Below the pieces are notes generated by a model, which made no database searches, was not told the DNA's origin, and saw nothing but the letters and a program-made list of their open reading frames with translations. The position numbers and the translations under genes were made by a program. This document shows positions 15,529 through 23,738 of a DNA stretch of 30,000 bases, in pieces. The stretch is taken from contig NZ_WTVS01000016.1 in the NCBI RefSeq assembly GCF_012911005.2, forward strand, positions 61,861-91,860, given 5' to 3'. Position 1 is the first letter of the stretch. Each line of letters starts with the position of its first letter. The DNA is from Aromatoleum toluolicum. GTDB taxonomy: Bacteria; Pseudomonadota; Gammaproteobacteria; Burkholderiales; Rhodocyclaceae.

Positions 15529-15654
15529 ATGGGCAAACAAAGGCAAGGCAATAAGGAAGAGAAGAAGCAACCTCTCATGAATGCCAAGGAAAAGCGGGAC
15601 GCGAAGCACGCCAAGAAGCACGCCAACGATCATGTGCCGCTGATTCCCCATTGA
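15529..15654 (+). CDS. Small (41 aa) lysine-rich hypothetical protein, absent from the supplied ORF track
   Basis: The ATG at 15529 lies 8 nt after AAGGAG. Peptide: MGKQRQGNKEEKKQPLMNAKEKRDAKHAKKHANDHVPLIPH, ending in TGA at 15652-15654. It sits in a low-GC patch. A 7-bp hairpin (15492-15509) lies just upstream. Confidence 0.45.
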   Translation: MGKQRQGNKEEKKQPLMNAKEKRDAKHAKKHANDHVPLIPH

Positions 15655-15727
15655 TCGGACGTGCGGGCAAGGCTTGCGCGTATTTCGCCACGGTCAATGC
15701 CTGCAATTCCGTCAGGAGCACGGTCCG

Positions 15728-15967
15728 ATGCAGCACTTCGAATACCTGGTCCGCAGCGACCTGCATGATATGGCCGAAGACATTGCCCGCTCTTTCGGGA
15801 GCAGGGAACGCGAACGGCTGAATGCATATTCCAATGTAGTGGTGACCGAGTTGAACCGGCTCGGTGCTTTGGGGTGGGAACTCGTGAAAGCACCCGACGC
15901 GGCAACGAACCGCAACTGGATTTTCAAGCGGCCGCTCGCCGATACCAGCGTCAGTCGGCAACTCTGA
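15728..15967 (+). CDS. DUF4177-like small protein
   Basis: The ATG at 15728 lies 9 nt after AGGAG. 79 aa: MQHFEYLVRS...LNRLGALGWELVKAP...NWIFKRPL. This matches the remembered DUF4177 pattern (M.yEY..., LN.lG.eGWELV, ...FKR). Confidence 0.65.
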   Translation: MQHFEYLVRSDLHDMAEDIARSFGSRERERLNAYSNVVVTELNRLGALGWELVKAPDAATNRNWIFKRPLADTSVSRQL

Positions 15968-16003
15968 CCGACCACTGCCAGTTGGCGGCTGGCGAGTGCG
16001 GTG

Positions 16004-16885
16004 TCATGCGCTCTTTCCGAAGCGCTCCGAATACGCGACGACCACGCCCGACGCGACGATGATCCCCATCCCCGCGAGCGACAGTCCGTCCGGAAAATCC
16101 CCGAATACCAGCCATCCCAGCAGCGTCGCCCACACCAGCTGCGCGTACGTGAAGGGACTCAGCGTCGTCGCCGGCGCGGCGCGCAGTGCCATGATCATCA
16201 GCAGATGGCCGCTCGCGGCGAGCACGCCGAGCGAACCGGTCAGCAGCCAGTCGCGCAGGTCCAGCGCGCCGGGGACCCAGTACTTGGGCACCAGCACGCA
16301 CATGGTCGCGGCGCCGATGAGGGCGGTGTAGGAAAGCTGGGTCACGGAGCGGTCGACGGCGCTCAGCTTGCGCGTCAGCACCTGATAGACCGCATAGCAC
16401 ACCGCCCCGAGCAGGACGAATACGACCCCGATGTTGAAGGCGTTGCCCGACGGGCGGGCGATCAGCAGAACACCCGAGAATCCGACGATGACCGGAATCC
16501 AGCGCCAGGCGGGCATCTTCTCGCCGAGAAAGCTCACTGCGAGGATCGTCACGAGGAAGGGCGTGACGAACACGAGCGCCGTGACTTCGGCGAGCGGCAT
16601 GTGCTGGAACGCGGCGACGACGGCGCCGGTCGTGCCGACGAGCGTGAGCCCGCGCACGAGCTGCAGGCCAGGCCGGGCGCTCTTGAAAAGACTCGTGCCG
16701 TAACGCGGGAGGAACACCACCAGCGTGATCAGGAAGTGCGCGAAGTAACGCCCCCAGACCACGACGGCGATCGGGTGGCGGGAAACGAGCGTCTTGGAGA
16801 CCGTGTCGAGCAGCGCGAAGAGCGCGAGCGCGCCCATCATGTAGAGGATGCCGCGTATCGGATGGTGGGCGGCGGACGCGTTCAT
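16004..16885 (-). CDS. DMT superfamily permease (EamA-like), paralog of 7464-8345
   Basis: Start at the ATG at 16883-16885 (MNASAAHHPIRGILYMMGALALFALLDTVSKTL). 10 TMS in two EamA halves. The SD is weak, so the start is moderately uncertain. Confidence 0.87.
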   Translation of the reverse strand: MNASAAHHPIRGILYMMGALALFALLDTVSKTLVSRHPIAVVVWGRYFAHFLITLVVFLPRYGTSLFKSARPGLQLVRGLTLVGTTGAVVAAFQHMPLAEVTALVFVTPFLVTILAVSFLGEKMPAWRWIPVIVGFSGVLLIARPSGNAFNIGVVFVLLGAVCYAVYQVLTRKLSAVDRSVTQLSYTALIGAATMCVLVPKYWVPGALDLRDWLLTGSLGVLAASGHLLMIMALRAAPATTLSPFTYAQLVWATLLGWLVFGDFPDGLSLAGMGIIVASGVVVAYSERFGKSA

Positions 16886-17074
16886 GCGGGGAGGATCCTG
16901 TCGGGGGTCGCGGGACGGGTGGAAATCGCCGAACCGTGGGATGTTTTTATGGTAGGGGCAGGATTGTAACCGCGCGGAGCCAACCGCCGTGTCCATGCCG
17001 TCCCGCGCATGCAGGGGCAATGTCCCATACGACTCCGCGCCCCGTCGTCTGTGCGAATGCCCGACTGTCGAATC

Positions 17075-17112
17075 GGGGGCGGAGCGACAGGATATGCCAT
17101 TCGCCCGCCCCC
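17075..17112 (-). terminator. GC-rich hairpin downstream of etfA (possible terminator, no U-tract)
   Basis: GGGGGCGG(A)GCGA (17075-17087) pairs with TCGCCCGCCCCC (17101-17112), about 12 bp with one bulge and a 13-nt loop. It starts 11 nt after the etfA stop. No T-run follows on the minus strand. Confidence 0.35.
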
Positions 17113-17122
17113 TTCCCCTACA

Positions 17123-18070
17123 TCATGCGGAAGCGATCGCCCGCGACAACTCGGGAACGAGCTGGAACAGGTCGCCGACGAGACCGTAGTCGGCGATCTG
17201 GAAGATCGGTGCTTCCTCGTCCTTGTTGATCGCGACGATGACCTTGCTGTCCTTCATGCCCGCGAGGTGCTGGATCGCGCCGGAGATGCCCACCGCAACG
17301 TAGAGCTCCGGAGCGACGATCTTGCCGGTCTGGCCGACCTGCAGTTCGTTCGACACGTAGCCCGAATCGACCGCGGCGCGCGATGCACCGACGGCGGCGT
17401 TGAGGGTGTCGGCGAGCGGCTCGATCGTGCCGGCGAAATTCTCCGCCGAGCCCAGGCCGCGCCCGCCCGAGACGATGATGCGGGCAGCCGTCAGCTCGGG
17501 ACGGGTCGACTGCGCGAGTTGCTGGCCGATCACCTTCGACTTTCCACGCTCGCCGCTCGGAGCCACCACTTCGATCGGCGCCGCGCTGTCACCCGCCGCC
17601 ACCGCCGGGAAGGCCGTCGCGCGCACCGACAGCACGCGCACACGTTCGGCGCAGCGCACCTTTGCCAGCAGGCTGCCCGCGTAGATCGGACGCACGAAAG
17701 TGTCCACATCGACGACTTCGACGATCTCGCTGACCATGCCGACGTCGAGCAACGCGGCGACACGCGGAAGGAGGTTCTTGCCCGCGGCGGAAGCGATCGC
17801 GAGGACATGGGTGTAGCCGTTGCCGGCGAGCCGGACCACCAGCGGCGCGATGTTCTCGGCCGTGAAGCCGGCGTATTCGGCCGATTCGCTCGTCAGCACG
17901 CGCGTCACGCCGGGAAAGGCGCGCGCCGATTCGGCCGCCGCGGCGACGCCGGACGCGCCCACCAGCAGCAGGTCGATCTCGCCGCCGATCTTCGATGCGG
18001 CGGCGACGAGGTTTCCGGTCATCGGCGACAGCTGGCCGCCGGTCTGTTCTGCAATGATCAGGCTTTTCAT
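17123..18070 (-). CDS. etfA: Electron transfer flavoprotein alpha subunit
   Basis: 315 aa beginning MKSLIIAEQ, with the C-terminal FAD-binding signature [37 protein letters not shown]. Confidence 0.95.
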   Translation of the reverse strand: MKSLIIAEQTGGQLSPMTGNLVAAASKIGGEIDLLLVGASGVAAAAESARAFPGVTRVLTSESAEYAGFTAENIAPLVVRLAGNGYTHVLAIASAAGKNLLPRVAALLDVGMVSEIVEVVDVDTFVRPIYAGSLLAKVRCAERVRVLSVRATAFPAVAAGDSAAPIEVVAPSGERGKSKVIGQQLAQSTRPELTAARIIVSGGRGLGSAENFAGTIEPLADTLNAAVGASRAAVDSGYVSNELQVGQTGKIVAPELYVAVGISGAIQHLAGMKDSKVIVAINKDEEAPIFQIADYGLVGDLFQLVPELSRAIASA

Positions 18071-18102
18071 CTGGATCCTCTTGTGAGCGTTCCCCGCGTG
18101 CG

Positions 18103-18852
18103 TTACAGCACGCGGGCTTCGTCCTTGAGCTTCTGCACTAGTTCGGCGACCGAACCGACCTTGATGCCGCCCTTGCGCTCGGGCGGCGTGTAGACCGACA
18201 ACGTCTGCACGCGCGGTGAAACGTCGACGCCGAACTCGGCAGCTTTCAGCGTGTCGAGCGGCTTCTTCTTCGCCTTCATGATGTTGGGCAGCGTCGCGTA
18301 GCGCGGCTCGTTCAGCCGCAGGTCGGCACTGACCACGGCCGGCAACGCGAGCCGCACGGTCTCGAGGCCGCCGTCGACCTCGCGCGTCACCTCGACATTA
18401 CCGTCGGCGACGACCACCTTCGATGCGTAGGTCGCCTGCCCCCAGTCGAGCAGCGCCGCGAGCATTTGCGCGGTCTGGTTGGCGTCGTCGTCGATCGCCT
18501 GCTTGCCGCAGATCACGAGCTGCGCGCCTTCCTTCTCGGCGACCACCTTGACCAGCTTCGCGACCGCAAGCGACTGCAGTTCGACGTCTGTTTCAACGAG
18601 GATCGCGCGGTCCGCGCCCATCGCGAGCGCCGTGCGCAGCGTTTCCTGACAAGCGGCGCTGCCGCAGGAAACCGCGACGACCTCGGTCGCCACACCCGCC
18701 TCCTTCAGCCGCACGGCCTCTTCGACGGCGATCTCGTCGAAGGGGTTCATCGACATCTTCACGTTCGCAAGCTCGACGCCTGACCCGTCGGACTTCGGGC
18801 GGACCTTGATGTTGTAGTCGGCGACCCGCTTTACCGGAACCAGCACTTTCAT
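18103..18852 (-). CDS. etfB: Electron transfer flavoprotein beta subunit
   Basis: 249 aa. [20 protein letters not shown]...[19 protein letters not shown] is the canonical ETF-beta N-terminus. Confidence 0.95.
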   Translation of the reverse strand: MKVLVPVKRVADYNIKVRPKSDGSGVELANVKMSMNPFDEIAVEEAVRLKEAGVATEVVAVSCGSAACQETLRTALAMGADRAILVETDVELQSLAVAKLVKVVAEKEGAQLVICGKQAIDDDANQTAQMLAALLDWGQATYASKVVVADGNVEVTREVDGGLETVRLALPAVVSADLRLNEPRYATLPNIMKAKKKPLDTLKAAEFGVDVSPRVQTLSVYTPPERKGGIKVGSVAELVQKLKDEARVL

Positions 18853-18865
18853 TCCTGATCTCCTC

Positions 18866-20395
18866 TTATTCCTTGAAGTGTTCGCCGCTCATCACCTTCG
18901 GCGGCTGCGGCATCAGCGGCTTGAAACCCATGCGGTCGATGACGTCGCGCTGCAGGTCGACGCCCGGCGCGATCTCTTCGAGCACGACGCCGTCCTTGGT
19001 CAGGCGGAACACCGCACGTTCGGTGATATAGAGCACCTCCTGCCCGCGCACGACCGCCTGCGGGCCGGAGAAGGTGATCTGGTCCACATCGGCGACGACC
19101 TTCGACACGTCACCGTTGCGTTCGACATGCAGTTCGCCATGACCCGTGTTGAGCTTCGAGCCCTTGGTGTCGAAGTTGCCGCAGAACACGACCTTGCGCG
19201 CGTTCTGCGCGATGTCGATGAAGCCGCCGGGGCCGACCGTGAGGCCGCCGAGCTTCGATGCATTGACGTTGCCGTGCTGGTCGAACTCGCCGAAGCCGAG
19301 GAAGGCGATGTCCAGCCCGCCGCCCGAGTAAAAGTCGAACTGCGAGGGCGCGTCGATCATCGCCGAGGCGTTGCGCGCGAAGCCGAACAGCATGCCGTCG
19401 AGCAGATTGCCGCCGTAGGTGCCGTGCTCGATCGTCTGGTAGTAGCGGTCGAGATCGCCGCGCGCGGCGACGAGCTTCGCGACCGCGTCCGGCACGCCGA
19501 CACCGTAGTTGATCACCGCCCCGTCGCGCAGCTCTTCCGCGGCGCGCCGCGCCGTGGCCTGGCGCACCGACAGCGGCTGCGGCGGCTCGTGCGGGACGGG
19601 GCCACGACGCTCGCCGGAAATCGTCGGGTCATAGACGATGTCGTAGCTCTGCGACTGCGAAGGATCGACGACGACCGCATCGACGATCGCGCCGGGGATG
19701 CGCACCGCGCGCGCCGCCAGCGTGCCGACGTCGACCGCTGTGCGCACCTGCGCGATCACCTTGCCACCGGAGTTGTGCGCGGCGAGCGCGACGGCGTAGG
19801 CGTCGAGGTTCGCCGGCTCCTGGTCCATGCAGATGTTGCCGTGCGCGTCGGCATACGAGCCGCGGATGATCGCGACGTTCACCGGGAAGGGCTTATAGCG
19901 CAGGTATTCCTTGCCGCCGAGTTCGACGACCTCGACGAGATCCTCCTTCGCCGACTTGTTCATCTTGCCGCCATCGATGCGCGGATCGACGAAGGTGCCC
20001 AAGCCCACGTGCGTCAGCAGACCCGGCCGGCCGGCACCGATCTCGCGAAACAGCTGCGCGATCACGCCCCCGGGGAGCACGTAGGCCTCGATCTTCTCGT
20101 CGCGCGCGAGCTCCTGCATGCGCGGCGACCATACCCAGTGGCCGCCGATCACGCGCTTGACCATGCCCTCGTAGGCGAAGCAGTTCATGCCCTTGGTCTT
20201 CTTGTCACCGATGCCGAGGGCGTGAACGACGGTGAGGTCGCGCGGCTGTGCAGTCTCGAGGAAGCGCTTTTCGAGCGCCGCGAAGATGCACGAGGCTTCG
20301 ACGAGGCCGCCACCACCGCCGATCAGGCCGACGGTGTCGCCGTCCCGGACGAGCGCGACGGCGTCGGCCGCGCTCATGAATTTATTGATTGCCAT
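18866..20395 (-). CDS. Fused alpha/beta family I acyl-CoA:acetate/3-ketoacid CoA-transferase (YdiF/Pct-like)
   Basis: 509 aa. N-terminus [29 protein letters not shown]. Two CoA_trans halves in one polypeptide. ...[18 protein letters not shown]... resembles the active-site region of the family. Confidence 0.9.
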   Translation of the reverse strand: MAINKFMSAADAVALVRDGDTVGLIGGGGGLVEASCIFAALEKRFLETAQPRDLTVVHALGIGDKKTKGMNCFAYEGMVKRVIGGHWVWSPRMQELARDEKIEAYVLPGGVIAQLFREIGAGRPGLLTHVGLGTFVDPRIDGGKMNKSAKEDLVEVVELGGKEYLRYKPFPVNVAIIRGSYADAHGNICMDQEPANLDAYAVALAAHNSGGKVIAQVRTAVDVGTLAARAVRIPGAIVDAVVVDPSQSQSYDIVYDPTISGERRGPVPHEPPQPLSVRQATARRAAEELRDGAVINYGVGVPDAVAKLVAARGDLDRYYQTIEHGTYGGNLLDGMLFGFARNASAMIDAPSQFDFYSGGGLDIAFLGFGEFDQHGNVNASKLGGLTVGPGGFIDIAQNARKVVFCGNFDTKGSKLNTGHGELHVERNGDVSKVVADVDQITFSGPQAVVRGQEVLYITERAVFRLTKDGVVLEEIAPGVDLQRDVIDRMGFKPLMPQPPKVMSGEHFKE

Positions 20396-20418
20396 TGCTG
20401 TTCTCCTCTACCGGACGA

Positions 20419-21591
20419 TCAGATCGTTCCGTACAGCGCTTCGCCATGCTTCATCGCGCTGCGCGCGACGACCGTACGATGGATTTCCGAGGTGCCGTCG
20501 AAGATGCGGTAGATGCGCGCGTCGCGGTACATGCGCTCGATCGGCAGATCCGCGCAGTAGCCCATGCCGCCGTACACCTGCACGGCGCGGTCGGCAACGC
20601 GGCCGAGCACTTCGGCGACGTAGAACTTGGCCATCGAGATCTTGTCGCGGGCGTCGACGCCGTTGTCGATGTCATTCGCGGCGTCCAGCACCAGCAGGCG
20701 CGAGGCGTTGATCTCGACCACGCTGTCCGCGATCATCTGCTGGATCAGCTGGAAGTCGCCGATCGGCTTGCCGAACTGCTTGCGTTCCTGCGCGTAGGAG
20801 ATCATCAGGTTCAAGAGGCGCACCGACTTGCCGACCGCGCGGGCACAGACCTGCGCCAAACGCACGCGACCGAGCGTCTCGAGGATCAGCTTGAAGCCTT
20901 GCCCCTCGCCGCCGAGCAGGTTTTCCGGGCCGACAGGGACTTCATCGAACGCGAGTTCGACGTGGCTCGTGCCGGTGAGGCCCATCATCTTCTGGTCGCG
21001 GCCGATGATGAAGCCGGGCGTGCCCTTGTCGACGAGGAAGAGCGAGATGCCCTTCGCGCCCGCGTTGGGGTCGGTGACTGCGGAGACGACGAAGAAGTCC
21101 GAGAACTCGCCGTCGCTGATGAAGTGCTTGCCGCCGGTGATCTTCCAGCCGCCCTTGCCGTCCGCCACCGCACGCGTCTTGATGCTCGCGGCGTCCGAGC
21201 CGGCGTTAGGCTCGGTGATCGCGATCGAGCAGGTGCGCTCCCCGCGCACGGCCGGCACCAGCCAGCGCTCGCGCTGGGCGGCGTCGCACTTGAGCAGCAC
21301 TTCATAGACGTTGCCGAAGGCGCGACGGATCAGGATGTCCTTCGCGTGACCGAACTGTTCCTCGACGAGCATCGTGTCGACCGCCGACAGCCCGCCGCCG
21401 CCGAATTCCTCGGGGATGTTCATCGCGTACATGCCGTTCGCGCTCGACTTCTCGAACAGGGCGCGCGCCTTTTCCGGCGCAAGGCGACCGGTTTCCTCGA
21501 TTTCGTCTTCGAGCGGGAGCATTTCGTTCTCTACGAAACGGCGCACGGTCTCGACCAGCATTTTCTGTTCGGAAGAAAGATTGAAATCCAT
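20419..21591 (-). CDS. Acyl-CoA dehydrogenase
   Basis: 390 aa. It shows ACAD N-terminal, middle and C-terminal domain patterns (CSIAITEPNAGSDAASI, GGKHFISDG, QVYGGMGY, YRIFDGTSEIH). Confidence 0.93.
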   Translation of the reverse strand: MDFNLSSEQKMLVETVRRFVENEMLPLEDEIEETGRLAPEKARALFEKSSANGMYAMNIPEEFGGGGLSAVDTMLVEEQFGHAKDILIRRAFGNVYEVLLKCDAAQRERWLVPAVRGERTCSIAITEPNAGSDAASIKTRAVADGKGGWKITGGKHFISDGEFSDFFVVSAVTDPNAGAKGISLFLVDKGTPGFIIGRDQKMMGLTGTSHVELAFDEVPVGPENLLGGEGQGFKLILETLGRVRLAQVCARAVGKSVRLLNLMISYAQERKQFGKPIGDFQLIQQMIADSVVEINASRLLVLDAANDIDNGVDARDKISMAKFYVAEVLGRVADRAVQVYGGMGYCADLPIERMYRDARIYRIFDGTSEIHRTVVARSAMKHGEALYGTI

Positions 21592-21640
21592 TTTTCGATG
21601 TCTCCAGTGATGCCTAGGCTGCGATTGCTTCAGGGGCGCG

Positions 21641-22471
21641 TCAGGCCGCGCGTTGAGAGCCCGACGCGAGCTGTCCCGCGGCCGGATTGATGCTTCTGAG
21701 GTATTCGGAAAGCGCGCTGACCGAGGACAGCTCCTCGGCCGCAGCGAAGAGTTCGGGCGCCAACTTTTCCATCGCTTCCTGGGTGAGGCGTACCGTGGGC
21801 CCGGCGATGCTGACGACGCCGGTGACCCGTCCGCTGTGCGGATCGCGCACGGTTGCCGCCATCGACGACATGCCCGGCCCCCAGGTCTCGATCGCCTGGC
21901 TGTAGCCCCGCTCGCGCGCGTCAGCGACGAAGATCATCACCTCGGCGATCGTCTTCGGTGCCCGAGCGCCACGCTGCTCGGGCAGCGTGAAGCCCTGGCG
22001 CACCACATGCTCGATCGCCTCGTTCTCAGGCAGGCTCGCGAGCCAGATCATGCCGCTCGACGAACAGTACAGCGCCGCCTCGCCACCCATGTCCGGGTCG
22101 AAGCGCAGGCCGCTGCGAGCCCCCTGCGCCTTCGCGATGAACGGAAGACGCCCGTTATCGACGACCGCCAGGCGCACGAGCTCACCACTCACGGTCGCAA
22201 GGCGGTTAAGCACCGGCTGCACGATCTCGACAATGCCGCTGTTGCCGAGCAGCTTGAAGCCGAGCGACATCAGGCGCGTCGTGAGCAGATAGCGCGCCGA
22301 ATCCGCGTCCTGCGCGACGTAGCGCAGCTGGATCAGCTCGGCCAGCAGGCGGTGGGTACCGCTTTTCGGCATGCCGAGGCGATCGGCGATCTCCTGCAGC
22401 GGCAGTCCGCGCGACTCCTCGGCGAGGAGCTCCAGCGCTCCCATCGCACGGGCAAGAAGACTTCCGGCCAT
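21641..22471 (-). CDS. IclR family transcriptional regulator
   Basis: 276 aa. N-terminal wHTH (LQEIADRLGMPKSGTHRLLAELIQLRYV) and a C-terminal IclR effector domain. Confidence 0.92.
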   Translation of the reverse strand: MAGSLLARAMGALELLAEESRGLPLQEIADRLGMPKSGTHRLLAELIQLRYVAQDADSARYLLTTRLMSLGFKLLGNSGIVEIVQPVLNRLATVSGELVRLAVVDNGRLPFIAKAQGARSGLRFDPDMGGEAALYCSSSGMIWLASLPENEAIEHVVRQGFTLPEQRGARAPKTIAEVMIFVADARERGYSQAIETWGPGMSSMAATVRDPHSGRVTGVVSIAGPTVRLTQEAMEKLAPELFAAAEELSSVSALSEYLRSINPAAGQLASGSQRAA

Positions 22472-22505
22472 CTCTGCACCTCGCTATAACCTTGAACGTT
22501 GTTCC

Positions 22506-22534
22506 ACTTTAGAATTCGGTTCATGTTTTGTCAA
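22506..22534 (-). promoter_or_regulatory. Candidate sigma70 promoter of the iclR-acd-CoA transferase-etfBA string
   Basis: Minus strand: TTGACA (22529-22534), 17 nt, TAAAGT (22506-22511). Box AGAATTCGGTTCA (22511-22523) sits at the same offset (5) as in the other modules. Confidence 0.55.
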
Positions 22535-22594
22535 CGCAGAAATCCGCTGCACGCAATCCTGTTCTGCACAAAGCGCGTATTTAATTAACTTACG

Positions 22595-22623
22595 TTGCGT
22601 TTCGCGCAACCGTGTTCTATATT
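22595..22623 (+). promoter_or_regulatory. Candidate sigma70 promoter of the TIM-barrel/chrA/AEC string
   Basis: TTGCGT (22595-22600), 17 nt, TATATT (22618-22623). Palindrome GTTGCG-N5-CGCAAC at 22594-22610. Box GCAACCGTGTTCT (22606-22618) abuts the -10. Confidence 0.55.
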
Positions 22624-22777
22624 TTCAACATCACAGATTTGATCGGTTGTACCGATCTGCTCGTTTCGGCCCGGAAGTGGCCCCCGCGCAGCAGAACTCG
22701 CCGCCGCAAGCTTTAATGCAACTATCGGCAAAACGGTGCAGCCGCTTCCGGCATTCACTATTGGAGGTAGTCCCGAC

Positions 22778-23614
22778 ATGGCGCACCAGTTCTCTCTCGC
22801 CCACCTCTCGGTCCTGACGACGTCCCCGCTCGAAATGGTCGAGATCGCCGCAAAGACCGGCTACGACTTCGTCAGCTTCCGCCTGACGGCGGTCACCGCA
22901 ACCGAACACGTGTTCGCGCTGCAAAACGACCGCGCGATGATGAACGAGGTCAAGGCACGCCTCGCTGCAACGGGTGTTAGGGTGCTCGACATCGAGCTCT
23001 GCCGCATGCCCGCGGAGATCGAGCCCGAGACCTATGTGTCCGTGCTGGAAGCCGCAGCCGAACTCGGCGCCCGCCACATCCTCGCCCAGCTCCCCGACGC
23101 GAACCGCGAACGCGCGACCGATCGTTTCGGCCGCCTGTGCGACCTCGCGGCACCCTACAAGCTCACCGTCGACCTCGAGTACCCGAGCTGGACGGAAACG
23201 CCGAACCTCGCCGCGGCGGCTGCCGTCGTGCGTGCGGTGAATCGCCCGAACGCGGGCATCCTCATCGACACGCTGCACTTCGACCGCGCCCGCGACAGCG
23301 TCGAGGAGCTGCGCAAGCTGCCGCCCGAGTGGTTCCACTTCGCGCAGGTGTGCGACGCGCCGGCCGAGATCCCGACGACGGTCGAGGGACTCATCCACAC
23401 CGCTCGCAGCGAACGCAATTTCCTCGGCGAAGGCGGCATCGACGTGCGCCGTATCCTCGACGCAATGCCGGAAATGCCCTACTCGCTGGAAATTCCGACC
23501 GACACCCTCGCGCTGACCGTCAGCGCCGAGGAACGCGCCCGCCGCTCGATCCGCGCCGCCGAGGCCTACCTCAACGGACTCCACGGCGAGTACCTGCACC
23601 GGTCGGCGGCCTGA
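22778..23614 (+). CDS. Xylose-isomerase-like TIM-barrel protein (sugar phosphate isomerase/epimerase, AP_endonuc_2 family)
   Basis: The ATG at 22778 lies 10 nt after GGAGG. 278 aa with a beta/alpha-barrel pattern. Family-like motifs: ...HILAQLPD..., ...LTVDLEYPSW..., ...GILIDTLHF..., ...FHFAQVCD.... The substrate cannot be determined from sequence. Confidence 0.85.
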   Translation: MAHQFSLAHLSVLTTSPLEMVEIAAKTGYDFVSFRLTAVTATEHVFALQNDRAMMNEVKARLAATGVRVLDIELCRMPAEIEPETYVSVLEAAAELGARHILAQLPDANRERATDRFGRLCDLAAPYKLTVDLEYPSWTETPNLAAAAAVVRAVNRPNAGILIDTLHFDRARDSVEELRKLPPEWFHFAQVCDAPAEIPTTVEGLIHTARSERNFLGEGGIDVRRILDAMPEMPYSLEIPTDTLALTVSAEERARRSIRAAEAYLNGLHGEYLHRSAA

Positions 23615-23738
23615 TCTCCTCCGCGCGGACTTCGGCACTCCCTCCCTTACCCGTCGTCGTCCGCGCACCTCATCCCCCGACTGCGGCACGCAGGCAATCC
23701 TGCCCGTGCCGCAACGCCGCCCCTGGAGCGCCGGACGA

